Virus record (IMG/VR): IMGVR_UViG_3300017963_000033 | Coordinates: 15,320-79,319 of that record | Reading direction: 5' to 3' (one strand) | Origin: a virus | Length of the DNA stretch: 64,000 bases | In this document: positions 28,291 through 38,762 of the stretch, piece by piece | Layout: the number at the start of each line of letters is the position of its first letter | Position numbering within the stretch: position 1 is the stretch's first letter | The notes under the pieces: model-generated | What the model was told of the DNA's origin: nothing | Databases searched by the model: none | What the model saw: the letters and a program-made list of their open reading frames with translations, nothing else | Translations under genes and position numbers: made by a program

Positions 28291-29790
28291 CTAGTCAGTC
28301 CCCACGACGATGATGCCATCGGTGGCATTGTCGGCCAGGCCGACGCCCACGACATGGTTGGCATCGTAGATACACGCAGCCAGCGCATTGATGCGGTCGT
28401 TGGCGGGAATGGTCGAGGTCCCTTCCGGGATGATCTGCCACGAATACCCGCCATCGTAGGTCCGCAGGATGCGGCCTGCCGGTGTGGTGGTTGCGTGGGC
28501 CAGGTAGCCCACGTTTCTGTTGGAGAAGGCGATGTCGTAGACGACGCCAGCCCCGCTGCCAGGGAAGCCCTTGAGAGTCCAGGTCGTGCCTTTGTCTACG
28601 GTGTAGTACAGGCGACCATTCGAGGTTCCGATGAGCCAGGTCAGTTCGTCCTTCACCCAGACACAGTTGAAGTGGATGCCAACCCCCAGGCCAGGGCCAG
28701 GGAGAGACGACCAACTCAGGCCATCCTCGGTGTAGACCAACGCGCCGTTGTTGCCGACCGCCACACCGAATTCATCGGACATCATGTGGACGGCGTTGAG
28801 GTTATCGGACACGGCAACCCCGGCATCCAGGACGGTGACACCAGCGGTGATGTCGTCGGTGCGGTAGATGTAGCCGCTGGCACCGACGATGTAGAGATAG
28901 CGCCCGCCTACTGCCCGCCAGCAGTCGTTTGGTGCCCCCACAAAGCCCGTGGCGATCTCGGTCCAGTCCTCGTCATAGCCGACTGTGTCAATCTCGCTCT
29001 TGAGCGCATAGTGGGCGCTGCCCGAGGCGTTGGAGACGACGACGACATAGGCACCGACACATCCCACAGCCGATGGGTCCTCTGCCGCGCCCAGGGTGTC
29101 GATGTCGTCTGCATACCAGTTGGACCCATCCGCAGTGTGGATGATGTCTGCCGGCGTCCCAGGGGACCCGCCTGCCGCACTGGAGATAGCATAGATGTGC
29201 TGGCAGCCGGTGCTATCCTCCTCGCACTCCCCACAGGCTACCTGGTCGCAGATGACCACGTCCAACACTTCATTCGTGACGATGCTGCCCGCGACCTCAG
29301 CCACCGAGAGCTGTAGGATCTCGTAGAGGGTCGCCGCGCTGATGGCACCCGTTTCTTGAACCGGGTTGCGCTCGTCCGAGGACAAGGCCCCCAGGTCGTC
29401 CGTGGACCAGTCGGAGATGTACGCCCCCTCCATCACAAGTGCTTTGGTGAAGGTGTTGAACAAAGTCGGGTCCGTGCATTCTCCAAAGTGTACGTGAACA
29501 TCGACACCGCACCCGATTTCTGCCAGTCGCAGCAGTTCAGACGCCGTGTCGGCCAGATAGCGACTGACCAGGTCCATGGTGGCCCGTTCCTCCGCACCCC
29601 TGACGGTGTCTACCTCGGTAAACTTGTCATACTGGATGTCGGACGGACATTCGATGGTGGTCAAATCGCCATAGCTTTTGGATACTGCTCCCGCTCTCAT
29701 GCAGCCTTGATAGTTGGGGGCGTGGTCCGGTCGCCCACCACCATCAACAAGAAAGACGCGGGAGAATCCAGTTTTGGCATAACTAGCCAT
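28291..29790 (-). CDS. probable tail tube protein fused to an Asp-box/BNR beta-propeller
   Basis: position; TADGSNW, TEDGLSW, TVDKGTTW, TYDGGYSW. Confidence 0.65.
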   Translation of the reverse strand: MASYAKTGFSRVFLVDGGGRPDHAPNYQGCMRAGAVSKSYGDLTTIECPSDIQYDKFTEVDTVRGAEERATMDLVSRYLADTASELLRLAEIGCGVDVHVHFGECTDPTLFNTFTKALVMEGAYISDWSTDDLGALSSDERNPVQETGAISAATLYEILQLSVAEVAGSIVTNEVLDVVICDQVACGECEEDSTGCQHIYAISSAAGGSPGTPADIIHTADGSNWYADDIDTLGAAEDPSAVGCVGAYVVVVSNASGSAHYALKSEIDTVGYDEDWTEIATGFVGAPNDCWRAVGGRYLYIVGASGYIYRTDDITAGVTVLDAGVAVSDNLNAVHMMSDEFGVAVGNNGALVYTEDGLSWSSLPGPGLGVGIHFNCVWVKDELTWLIGTSNGRLYYTVDKGTTWTLKGFPGSGAGVVYDIAFSNRNVGYLAHATTTPAGRILRTYDGGYSWQIIPEGTSTIPANDRINALAACIYDANHVVGVGLADNATDGIIVVGTD

Positions 29791-30064
29791 GTTCTGCCTC
29801 CCTATACAAGTGGATCACTTTCTTCCGCATTGCTCCAAGGATCGCTCCCTCGAGTCCTTGCCTTTGCTGCACATCCAGCCAGGAGTACAGCCCCGCGTCC
29901 ACCAGCAGGTTGTGTAAGTCCCGTTTGATTGCCTCCCAGTCCATGCCCTCCAGAACGGGCGGGTCCTGGAGGATGCCCTGGGGGGCAGCCTCATCGGGAT
30001 CTTCTTCACGCACCAGTGAACGGTGTTTGTAGCCGTTGTTGTCTGTCCATGTAACTGCTCTCAT
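29783..30064 (-). CDS. hypothetical protein
   Basis: coupled ORF MRAVTWTD. Confidence 0.55.
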   Translation of the reverse strand: MRAVTWTDNNGYKHRSLVREEDPDEAAPQGILQDPPVLEGMDWEAIKRDLHNLLVDAGLYSWLDVQQRQGLEGAILGAMRKKVIHLYREAEHG

Positions 30065-31362
30065 ACGGCAAAGGCTCCCTTTTGCTTTCCACGCACAAGG
30101 TTCTTGAGATACCTCCATGCTTCCATTTCCCCTATGCGCGTCCCGAATGGGTTGGAAAGATCGTCCCACAACACTGAGTAACTGACATCGCCGGCATCGG
30201 CAGCCACGTCCGTTTGCAACCATCGAACCAATGCACCCGCCGACCCACAGGAGCAGACCGGCCTGCGCAGCCTGGACGTGGCCAGCCAGGCGATGATCTT
30301 GGCCCATTGATCAGAGAGACCATCACACCGCCTGCCGGCGAGATTCAATTCACTCAGGTTTCCACAATAGTAATACAACTTGACCTCATCTGGGTCCCTG
30401 CACACCGACCAGCTTGCGGCTGCCCATTGCGATTCACTGTCATCGTAGGTTGCCGGCGCGGGAACCACAATTCCCTTTTCGGCGTCTCGGATGTGGGCAC
30501 ACCCATTCTGCTCAGTCAAGGTACACGCCGCACAGCCGGCAGTTCCACAGAAGGTACAGCACCCGCCACTGATGGCTCCTGGTTGCGGTTCCCAGTACAA
30601 CACGGCGCTGACCGCCGTTGGATCATTGTACTCCCGATAGACATCTGCCTCAGTCACATAGACCCCTCCATCGTCCAAGTTGACTGATGGCACTCCATCT
30701 GCCTGGGTGGGGAAGGCTTCCCAGTTTGCCGGTTCGATAAACTGCCATTTCCAGAAGGTGGCCGTCATCACGCCGCCAGCGATGACCTTGGTGCGGGCCG
30801 GTCGGATTTCCCATTCCGGTTCGCCATTGTGCCCGGCGAAATAGACCTTGACCTCGCACTCATCGGTCAGGGTCGTGGCAATGGTCACGGTAGCTGTTTC
30901 GTTGAACCCGTCGCCATCCTCATCACTGTAGACCAGGGTTCCCCCTGCGACAGTTACTTGACCGATGAGGGTTGTGGCCCGTTGTCCCGGTTCGATGATC
31001 TTGCCATAGGCAGTGCGGATGCTTTTGTGTTGGCCTCGCACATTCAAAGCGCCGATGCTATAGTATTCCGGGCGATGGAACCGTGGAAACATCTTGACAT
31101 CTTGGGCAATCCAGCGGGGTGCCGGCCACCAGCCAAGATAGTCAGCGATGGACTGCTCGGCTATGGCAATCTCTCGGGCGATGTCCTCCCGGCTGCTGGC
31201 ATCGGCGTGTTGCCAGGGATGCTGGTAGGTGATGTCATTACACGAGTTGTCGAACGGAAACACAATCGCGCTCAGGCCCTGGTTGAAGTGGGGTGGGGTC
31301 AGGCCAATGATGGCCGCATAGCGGTCTAAAGCCAATAGGGTTGGAGTGCTTGCCCTTGCCAT
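30061..31362 (-). CDS. putative head-tail connector/virion protein (Cys-rich)
   Basis: position; AEQSIADYLGW adaptor-like motif. Confidence 0.5.
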   Translation of the reverse strand: MARASTPTLLALDRYAAIIGLTPPHFNQGLSAIVFPFDNSCNDITYQHPWQHADASSREDIAREIAIAEQSIADYLGWWPAPRWIAQDVKMFPRFHRPEYYSIGALNVRGQHKSIRTAYGKIIEPGQRATTLIGQVTVAGGTLVYSDEDGDGFNETATVTIATTLTDECEVKVYFAGHNGEPEWEIRPARTKVIAGGVMTATFWKWQFIEPANWEAFPTQADGVPSVNLDDGGVYVTEADVYREYNDPTAVSAVLYWEPQPGAISGGCCTFCGTAGCAACTLTEQNGCAHIRDAEKGIVVPAPATYDDSESQWAAASWSVCRDPDEVKLYYYCGNLSELNLAGRRCDGLSDQWAKIIAWLATSRLRRPVCSCGSAGALVRWLQTDVAADAGDVSYSVLWDDLSNPFGTRIGEMEAWRYLKNLVRGKQKGAFAV

Positions 31363-31375
31363 CTTAGTTCCCCCC

Positions 31376-31735
31376 TTATCCCCCCTGCGTATGTTCGTGC
31401 CACACGATGCGTCCCCCATAGGAGAGTAACATCGCCGCTCCGCTCAGAGCCAGCGGCAGCAACACAGGCCACCATAGCAACCCAAACAGCGCACAGAACG
31501 CGCCGGCCCACAGGGAGATGCACCAGAAGCAGGATAACTGCTTTCCCCAGAATCCCCGGTATTGTTCCTCTTTGTAGACCCCAGACCGATAGCGCAGTCG
31601 TTCAAATACATCCTTGGGACCCGCCTCCATGTAGAACATGACCGCCACGCGCCAAGTGGCCAGGACCATCACCGCTGCCTGGACAGGCCCCACGGTCAGA
31701 TATTCTCTGAGAATGTCCCACCACTCAAGCCCCAT
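31376..31735 (-). CDS. DUF1360-like membrane protein
   Basis: LATWRV..GP..FERLR..LSCFWCISLW. Confidence 0.7.
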   Translation of the reverse strand: MGLEWWDILREYLTVGPVQAAVMVLATWRVAVMFYMEAGPKDVFERLRYRSGVYKEEQYRGFWGKQLSCFWCISLWAGAFCALFGLLWWPVLLPLALSGAAMLLSYGGRIVWHEHTQGG

Positions 31736-34700
31736 CTGGCACTCCCTGCGCCATGCGCATGGCGGCGGTGTAGATCATATTCGCCCGTACCTCTCCGACG
31801 CCCCGGATGCCGGTCAACCCCTCCTGGCCCATGGCAATGACCTGCTCCAGACTGACAATGCCTTGCTCGGCAAATCCCTTGGCGATGGTGGCAGTCACCC
31901 CCGCCAGCTTCTGGGGATCAAATTTGCCGCCATTGATGGGCGCTTCATCAGTATGCGTCCCAGCCAGGATGGCGTCAATGTCCACCATCTTCGGGGGCGG
32001 TGGTGGTTCGTGTGATTCTGTTTCATTCGGCACTGCCGGCGCAACCTCAACCGCCAAGGGTTCTGGGGCTGGCAGCGGTTCCCGCTCCTGGGCCACCGGC
32101 CTGCGCTCCACGATGGGGTCAAACAGATGTTGCGCGAGGCGAATGTCCTCCCGATGAACCAGGAACTTTTCACCGCCTCCCCGGAATCCGTAATGGATCT
32201 TCCATCCCTCGCGGGTGGCTATCATGTGCAGCCCCTCGATGCGGTTCGCAAACGCAGCCGCACCGACAAGCGTATGCTGTCCCCGGTTCGGATGCCGGTA
32301 CAAGCACAAAATAAAGTCCTCATCTGCCGCCAGGTTGAGAACCGGGGCATTGGATGGTATTGCCCTACTTGGAGACGCTGCCCCAACGGGCGCTGTTTTC
32401 CTTCCACCACATCCTCCACACATCTGTATCTCTATCCTTTCATGCTTCTCCCGCAAGTATGCGAATAGGTTTTCGTGTTGCTCAGTGCCTATGTCACGGC
32501 GCTGCCCAAGATAGAAATGGTAGACCACCAGCGGTTCTGGCACCCTGCGAAAGCACTTGCCTGCCTTTGCCAGCCGCCACCAATAATCCACATCCTCCCA
32601 GGAGACCATGTGGGTGTCAAATCCCCCTACCTCATCGTGCCACGCCTTTGGAACCAGAGAAGTAATGAGGTTCCAGGTAAAGACCGAGCGCGGGTCTCCT
32701 TCCGGTTGCCGCTGTGCCCTGGCTACATCATACTCCGGGGCCTCATAGCGGATGGCGGTCAAGCCATCATCTTGTCGCCACAGGATATTGCGTTGCAGCT
32801 TCTCAGACAGGCCCCCTGGGTCCTCGATGAATGCCTTGCCCACATAATCGCTGTAGACAATGGATTCCTGTACGTCCCATTCGCTCAACATCCGTTCGAT
32901 GGCGTGGGGATACAGCCAATCATCGGCGTCCAAAAACAATAGGAATGGTGCCCTGGCAAACATGGCTCCAAAGTTACGGGCCGCCCCGGCTCCCTCTTGC
33001 CGTCCTATGCCCCGCCATTTCACAAACGGATAGGCGTCCATCAGGCGCTGGGGCGCAGGCTGTTCGCTGTCCCAGACGACGATGGTTTCCCATCTTCGGA
33101 AGGTCTGGGCCTCAATAGAGTCCAGGGCATCCTCCAGGGGCTCCACATGCCTGGGACCCGCCACGGGGATGATGACGCTGACAACGGGCTCATCATACTG
33201 CCGCACCGGATGGCTCAGGCGCTGTGGGGTGGCATAGGAGGCGAATGGATGCTTGCCATCTTGGACCCATGGATGCCAGGCCAGCCAGTCCGGTTCCTGG
33301 TAGTCCTGGGCACCTGAGACACGCCCGGACATCCAGGAATAGATGAACAGGGGTTCTGCGGTGACCTTTTTGCCCTTCCAACCGTAGGCCCCTGCCCTCA
33401 GCCAGAATTCGGCATCCTCGGCCCCGGCCCCGATGGGACAGTACCGCTTTTTGTAGCCTCCCAGGGCCTGCCACATCTCACGCCTGAACACGCAACAAGT
33501 AGGCACCTGATTCTGTTTCTTGAGTTGATTGTCAAAGTTCCAGTCTGCCGGCCAGGGGCTGACCCCCGTGGACCCATCTTGTTTCACCCAGCGCAATCCG
33601 GTGTAGGCAACGCCCAGGCTGTTGTCCAGTTCCATTGCCCGGACACATCGTTCTATCAGTTCAGGTTCCATGGCATCGTCGGCATCGAGACAGCAGATGT
33701 AGGTGGCCTCGGTGTGTTCGATGCCGGTGTTTCTGGCAACCGCCACACCCTGGTTGTTCTGATGGACGTAACGCACCCGCCGATCTCGCTGGCCCCATTC
33801 CGCAACCGCTGTGGCGGTGGCTCCCTCATCCGGGGAGCCATCGTCCACGACGATGATGTCCACAATCTGGTCATAGGTCTGTTCGATGGCGCTCTCGATG
33901 GCCCGACCGACCTTGGCGGCATACAGATAGCTTGGAATGATGATGGCTACGGTGGGTTCAGGTCGCGTAAGGGCTTGCTCAAAGACCTGGGCCACCTTCT
34001 GGCAAGCCATCTCCCAGGTATAGGGCTTTACCATGTGTCTGGCGTTTGCCCCCAGGGTGTCCCGGTGTTTCAGGCAGTAGGCCAGCCCATCAATCAGGTC
34101 CCCAATGTCCCCCGGCCTGGCCAGGTAGCCGTTGGTGCCGTGCTCAACCAGGTCCAGGTTGCCACCATGGGCATACCCCAGCACCGGGACCCCCGCAGCC
34201 ATGGCCTCTAGGACCCCGATGCCAAAGGTTTCCTTGGTAGTGCTGAGGTAGACGTTGGCTCCCTGGACCAGTTGCCGCATCTGCTCATGGGGCACGACGC
34301 CAATCTCTGAGATATTGGTCCGACGCCTGCGCGGTGCAAAAGTTGTGACAAAGTGATTGTGAACGAAGGCGGTGGCCAGGTCGCTGAGAGGGCTGGGGTC
34401 GCACACGTCTCCCTGTCGATTCTTGTTCCACAGGATGTACCCCCCGTTTGGCCTGTCATGTTGCCATTCATCCCACTCGATGCCATGGCCCACGACCACC
34501 GGGATGCGCCTCATGTCGCGGATGACCGACTCGGCCACCCAGGCGCTGGGGACGGTGATTACCCTGGCCTGGCGCATGGTTTCGATGACACTGGCGTTGG
34601 CTTTGTACTCCCAGCCTGCGGCGGCATAATCCGCCGACCAGTAGAGGCCATGGGTCATGGCCACGTCCACGTGTTCTGTGTTCGTGCCAGCATGGCTGAC

Positions 34701-34841
34701 CTTGAGGTCATAGGACTCGCCTTCGCTCACGAATTCCACACCAAATGTGGGGCAGTGGCGATGGTATGCCTCTACGACACGTTTGATGCCCGATTCCTCA
34801 GAGCGAAAGTGTTGAAGCTCTGGGAGCATCCAGACTTTCAT
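31725..34841 (-). CDS. triple glycosyltransferase (GT4+GT2+GT2) with C-terminal HhH domain
   Basis: ETFGIGVLEAMAAGVPV; VVDDGS..ARNTG..LDADD; ARNFG..LDADD..WED; LTGIRGVGEVRA. Confidence 0.9.
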   Translation of the reverse strand: MKVWMLPELQHFRSEESGIKRVVEAYHRHCPTFGVEFVSEGESYDLKVSHAGTNTEHVDVAMTHGLYWSADYAAAGWEYKANASVIETMRQARVITVPSAWVAESVIRDMRRIPVVVGHGIEWDEWQHDRPNGGYILWNKNRQGDVCDPSPLSDLATAFVHNHFVTTFAPRRRRTNISEIGVVPHEQMRQLVQGANVYLSTTKETFGIGVLEAMAAGVPVLGYAHGGNLDLVEHGTNGYLARPGDIGDLIDGLAYCLKHRDTLGANARHMVKPYTWEMACQKVAQVFEQALTRPEPTVAIIIPSYLYAAKVGRAIESAIEQTYDQIVDIIVVDDGSPDEGATATAVAEWGQRDRRVRYVHQNNQGVAVARNTGIEHTEATYICCLDADDAMEPELIERCVRAMELDNSLGVAYTGLRWVKQDGSTGVSPWPADWNFDNQLKKQNQVPTCCVFRREMWQALGGYKKRYCPIGAGAEDAEFWLRAGAYGWKGKKVTAEPLFIYSWMSGRVSGAQDYQEPDWLAWHPWVQDGKHPFASYATPQRLSHPVRQYDEPVVSVIIPVAGPRHVEPLEDALDSIEAQTFRRWETIVVWDSEQPAPQRLMDAYPFVKWRGIGRQEGAGAARNFGAMFARAPFLLFLDADDWLYPHAIERMLSEWDVQESIVYSDYVGKAFIEDPGGLSEKLQRNILWRQDDGLTAIRYEAPEYDVARAQRQPEGDPRSVFTWNLITSLVPKAWHDEVGGFDTHMVSWEDVDYWWRLAKAGKCFRRVPEPLVVYHFYLGQRRDIGTEQHENLFAYLREKHERIEIQMCGGCGGRKTAPVGAASPSRAIPSNAPVLNLAADEDFILCLYRHPNRGQHTLVGAAAFANRIEGLHMIATREGWKIHYGFRGGGEKFLVHREDIRLAQHLFDPIVERRPVAQEREPLPAPEPLAVEVAPAVPNETESHEPPPPPKMVDIDAILAGTHTDEAPINGGKFDPQKLAGVTATIAKGFAEQGIVSLEQVIAMGQEGLTGIRGVGEVRANMIYTAAMRMAQGVPDGA

Positions 34842-35101
34842 AACTTGAGTCCTCTCACAGCCATCTGGGGCACCAGAATCTGCGGCCTCTTGGGATGTTG
34901 TCGCTCAAACATCTGCGAAGCCAACCCGATGAATGTCTGTGCAGACGACAGGCAGATGAGCGCCCTGTCCTGTTCTGGCACGTGCTCATTCATCAGCACA
35001 ATGATCTCCCCCGTCTCGGGATGGAATCCCACCTGGGCAAAGATGGGCACTTGTATCCCGGCTGGGACCTCCTCCACTCCCCCCTGTTCTTCCTCACTCA
35101 T
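34838..35101 (-). CDS. hypothetical protein
   Basis: SD, coupled. Confidence 0.55.
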   Translation of the reverse strand: MSEEEQGGVEEVPAGIQVPIFAQVGFHPETGEIIVLMNEHVPEQDRALICLSSAQTFIGLASQMFERQHPKRPQILVPQMAVRGLKL

Positions 35102-35633
35102 CGGTGTCTCCTTTCTGTAGAGAACCTTCGCACAGCCAGATGCTGCGCTCCATGTTGCGATACTCCACGACGGTTGCGCCTATCTTGCGCACCCTGTCCC
35201 AGTAGTGTTTGAGATGCCACAGCATCTCTGCGTCATCCCTGACCTTTCCAGGTCCATCGCCACGATATTGGCACTCAATCAACGCCCTGCGGCTGTGGGC
35301 ATGGATGGCTTTCAAAGTTCTGTGCATACTGGGCATATAGGGCAGCACCGAGAAACAGAGGATGAGGTCATACCTCAGCCGCTTGTCCAACCATTCCAGC
35401 AGGTCCTCCTCATGGATGCTGATGCCATTGCCCTCACACCGCGCCCGCGTTGTTTTCACAATCTCCGGGTCGTGGTCCACGCCGTCCACGATGACCGCGC
35501 CCGCTTCCCGCATCTTGAGCAGCAAATCCCCATGGCCACACCCCAGGTCGGCCACCAACAGGTCCCGAAAGTCTATAGCCTGGCTGATGATCTGCCATTG
35601 CTCAGGACCCCTGCGGTTCACAAACCCTGACAC
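35094..35633 (-). CDS. class I SAM-dependent methyltransferase
   Basis: VADLGCGHG, GVD, YDLILCFSVL. Confidence 0.85.
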   Translation of the reverse strand: MSGFVNRRGPEQWQIISQAIDFRDLLVADLGCGHGDLLLKMREAGAVIVDGVDHDPEIVKTTRARCEGNGISIHEEDLLEWLDKRLRYDLILCFSVLPYMPSMHRTLKAIHAHSRRALIECQYRGDGPGKVRDDAEMLWHLKHYWDRVRKIGATVVEYRNMERSIWLCEGSLQKGDTDE

Positions 35634-36049
35634 AGTTCCTCCATCGTCCGGTGCAGCCAGTAGGCGTCTCCCTCCCGCCGCTTGTCTGGCCTCGGGTCAT
35701 CCCACATCCTGGATTCTCCAAAGTCAATCAGGTAGGGTTTGTTGCCCCTGACGATTACTGCGTACTTGGTCAGGTCGCCATGTCGGATGCCAGCCCTCTG
35801 CAAGGCAGCCAGGACCAGGTATTCATGGGCCATGAATGCTTCCCGGTTTGTGACCGGCTGGCCTTCTCCCAGGTCCTGCATCCTGATCAACTCGATGTCC
35901 ACTTGCTCGGCGTAGGGCACATATCCCGAGTCTTTTAGCGACAGAAGCGCATAAATCTCATTGTCGGTCATGTACTTGGGCTGCCGCTTCCAGATCCAGC
36001 CATCCTCGCGCCAGACGCGGCTGATGCCGTTATCGGTAATCAAGCTCAT
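35618..36049 (-). CDS. small protein-kinase-like phosphotransferase
   Basis: HGDL..VIV..YLIDFG. Confidence 0.8.
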   Translation of the reverse strand: MSLITDNGISRVWREDGWIWKRQPKYMTDNEIYALLSLKDSGYVPYAEQVDIELIRMQDLGEGQPVTNREAFMAHEYLVLAALQRAGIRHGDLTKYAVIVRGNKPYLIDFGESRMWDDPRPDKRREGDAYWLHRTMEELCQGL

Positions 36050-36752
36050 CGAGTAGTTCTCCGAAATACTGTTCGGCCAGGGCCTTTTCCTCCGGGCCAA
36101 ACTCGTTGCGCCAGTCCCCCACGATGCCTTTTCTCAGAAAGCGCAACTGAAAGTCCCTGCCATAGTTCAGGGAATGCCCGTTCGTCTTTGTCCACTCCCT
36201 GCGGTTGTGGAAGGACTGCCGCGCCACGACCGCCTCAACATCCTTCACCGGCTGGAGATGCAGCGTGTGCAGGATGCGCCATAGCTCAAGTGTGGTATCC
36301 TTATGCAACCACTCGTAGCGGGTCACACACTCAGGTAGCCCCGAGGACATCCATGCCCGCACCCAGGGAACCAGTCCCCCTCCATGTGGCATGGGCCACT
36401 TGCCCTGGCCCAGACAATGGATGTACTCTAACAAGGGCCTGTCCCAATGATGCGCCCCTGAGACACAGATGTCCCGAGGGTCCCGCAGTACCAAAACTAT
36501 CTTCTCGGAGGTAAGGTGCTCATAGGCCAGTTCCGTATGTTTGGGCGACAGTACATTTCCCCCTGGGACAGGGACAGGGTGCCCCTGTCCAATATAATGT
36601 TCCCCCTGCCGGCCCTGGCCTTCTGTGGCGATTGCCTTGGGTGTCGAGGGAGGGTGGATGGCTCCCACTGGCGAATCCAGCACATCCCCCAACAGGCGGG
36701 ACAGCCACGTGGTCCCGCTCTTCGGATACCCTACGACCAGGATCTTGGTCAC
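36030..36752 (-). CDS. PAPS-dependent sulfotransferase
   Basis: YPKSGTTWL, RDPRD..VS, RYE, RKGIVGDWRN. Confidence 0.9.
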   Translation of the reverse strand: MTKILVVGYPKSGTTWLSRLLGDVLDSPVGAIHPPSTPKAIATEGQGRQGEHYIGQGHPVPVPGGNVLSPKHTELAYEHLTSEKIVLVLRDPRDICVSGAHHWDRPLLEYIHCLGQGKWPMPHGGGLVPWVRAWMSSGLPECVTRYEWLHKDTTLELWRILHTLHLQPVKDVEAVVARQSFHNRREWTKTNGHSLNYGRDFQLRFLRKGIVGDWRNEFGPEEKALAEQYFGELLDELDYR

Positions 36753-37567
36753 CGCTCAACCCCTACCAGATACCGATGCCCCAGGCGGTGCCCAGGGACC
36801 TCGTAGTCGAACCATTCATATCCCGGCTTGCTTTCCGCAAACTGCTCAAAGTAGGAACGGTTCTCTAGGCCCTGAAAGTGGGTCTGGTATAGAATGACAT
36901 AGCCCCTGGTCCGCACATTGCCCAGGACAAAGTCCCGTAGCTCAAAAGGAACCTCCGACAGGGAGCAGGCGGCGATGAAGAGATCGTAGGTGATGGAGCA
37001 GACTACCTGCTCAAACCACTCGGGTTTCCAGTAGATGAACACCCGTGGCACTCCTGTCTGAGAACAGTAATAGTGTTGGAGCCATGACAGCTCAGGCAGA
37101 TCATAAATGACGTGGACTCCCTCAAAGCCAAGCTGGTAGCAGAGTCTGGCCATCGAGCCGTATCCGCCCCCGAATTCGAGGATGGCCCTGGCATCATCTT
37201 CCACCCGTTTCCCGGCCTTGTCCTCCCACTGTTTGAGAATGTACGCCTGGTGGACCATCTGTCCGCTGGCATCCTCCCATGCTTTCATCCTCGTAGGAGC
37301 CCCAAAGGTCGTCTCCCGGATGCCCCTCTGCCAGCGCCACCAGCCATCCTTTTTCAGTTCGTCCAGTTCCATGTTGGCCTGGGGCGAGTCCCCCACAAAC
37401 AGGGCTTCGTGAACGATGGGCCAGGTGAGGAACAGGCTGGGGTCATCGTTCAGGATCTTTTCCCGAATTTCAGCCTGCCGGCGAATCCAGGTAAATCTGG
37501 GATAGTCGCCCGGTGGATTCATGGGTGGCAGGTCCCTGATGGCCTGCCGCAGTTCCTTTTTATCCAT
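36749..37567 (-). CDS. putative sugar O-methyltransferase
   Basis: ILEFGGGYGSMAR, YDLPE...Q..Y, DLFIA..SLSE. Confidence 0.75.
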   Translation of the reverse strand: MDKKELRQAIRDLPPMNPPGDYPRFTWIRRQAEIREKILNDDPSLFLTWPIVHEALFVGDSPQANMELDELKKDGWWRWQRGIRETTFGAPTRMKAWEDASGQMVHQAYILKQWEDKAGKRVEDDARAILEFGGGYGSMARLCYQLGFEGVHVIYDLPELSWLQHYYCSQTGVPRVFIYWKPEWFEQVVCSITYDLFIAACSLSEVPFELRDFVLGNVRTRGYVILYQTHFQGLENRSYFEQFAESKPGYEWFDYEVPGHRLGHRYLVGVER

Positions 37568-38762
37568 GGGGACCTCTCTTGGTGACACAGTAGCTGGCGA
37601 TGCAATTTGCGATGCGCTCCATCTCGGGCCTGCCCAGGCCCTGGTGGCAGCCCACATAGAAACCATATTTGTTCAGCCATGCGGCCACCGGATAATCACT
37701 GGGGTCCCACATCCCCTCGTAGGCCGGTTGGTCTGTCAGGCGCAACATCTCCCGAGTCTCAACGCCATGAGCCTCCAGGTAGTTGCACAGGCCCCACTTG
37801 TCCTCCCCGAGGCCATGGGCGACGATGGGATACATCATGTAAGCGTGGCTGGTGTCCAACCTGGTGAGCGGCCTCTGGATGTAGCCCTGGCGCTCGACCT
37901 CCTCCAATAGTTCGGAAAGATACTTGGCGTTCTCCCGCCGCTGGGCTATCATCTGCGGCCAGTCAGGCAATTGCCCCAGGGCCAACGCCGCCTCCAGCTC
38001 TGTCACCCGGAAGGAATGCCCGATGGACTGGAAATTGAATCTGCGCTCCACGACCTCCCTCAGCCGGTCGCTGGAAAGCCCATCGTCGTCGTCAATGCTC
38101 AGGTAGATGCCATCCCGCCCATGGTTGACCAGGGAGCGCATCTTGACCGCTAAGTCCGGGTCGTTGGTCGTCGCCACACCACCAACCCCAGCAGTCAGCA
38201 AGTGGGCCACATAAAGGCTGAAACACCCAATATCTCCCCAGGAGCCTACGCGCTTGCGTCCATGGTCCACAAACATGGTCTCACAGGAATCCTCGATGAT
38301 CTTGAGCCCTTGATTTCTGGCGATCATGTGGACTGCTGTCATGTTACATGGCATCCCAAACAGGTGGACTGGGATGATGGCCCTCGTCTTTTCGGTGATG
38401 GCCCGTTGGATCTTGCTGGGGTTGATGCCATAGTAGTCCGGTTCCACGTCCACCAGGACAGGTGTCATCCGGTTGTGCAGCACGATGTTGACCGTGGCGA
38501 CGAAGGTGCAGGCCGGGACAAGGACCTCGTCCCCATCCTGCCAGCCATGTAGTTCCTTGAGCGCCTGGAGCGCAACCTGGAGGCTGCTGGTGCCACTGTT
38601 GGACAGGACGGCATGGGCGCAGTCGTGGATGTTGGCGAATTGGGTCTCAAAGATTCTGGACATCGGGCCGTAGCTGATGCGCCCGGTGGCCAGCACGGTG
38701 TCCACCAGTTCCCGCATCCTGCTCGTGACCTCGAAGGTGCCCACCCCTATCTTGTCCATCAT
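37560..38762 (-). CDS. PLP-dependent DegT-fold enzyme, ColD-like NDP-sugar 3-dehydratase
   Basis: SNSGTS, IPVHLFG, IEDSC; FSLYVAH has His at the usual Schiff-base Lys; no E1 Fe-S cysteines after HGRD. Confidence 0.75.
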   Translation of the reverse strand: MMDKIGVGTFEVTSRMRELVDTVLATGRISYGPMSRIFETQFANIHDCAHAVLSNSGTSSLQVALQALKELHGWQDGDEVLVPACTFVATVNIVLHNRMTPVLVDVEPDYYGINPSKIQRAITEKTRAIIPVHLFGMPCNMTAVHMIARNQGLKIIEDSCETMFVDHGRKRVGSWGDIGCFSLYVAHLLTAGVGGVATTNDPDLAVKMRSLVNHGRDGIYLSIDDDDGLSSDRLREVVERRFNFQSIGHSFRVTELEAALALGQLPDWPQMIAQRRENAKYLSELLEEVERQGYIQRPLTRLDTSHAYMMYPIVAHGLGEDKWGLCNYLEAHGVETREMLRLTDQPAYEGMWDPSDYPVAAWLNKYGFYVGCHQGLGRPEMERIANCIASYCVTKRGPHG

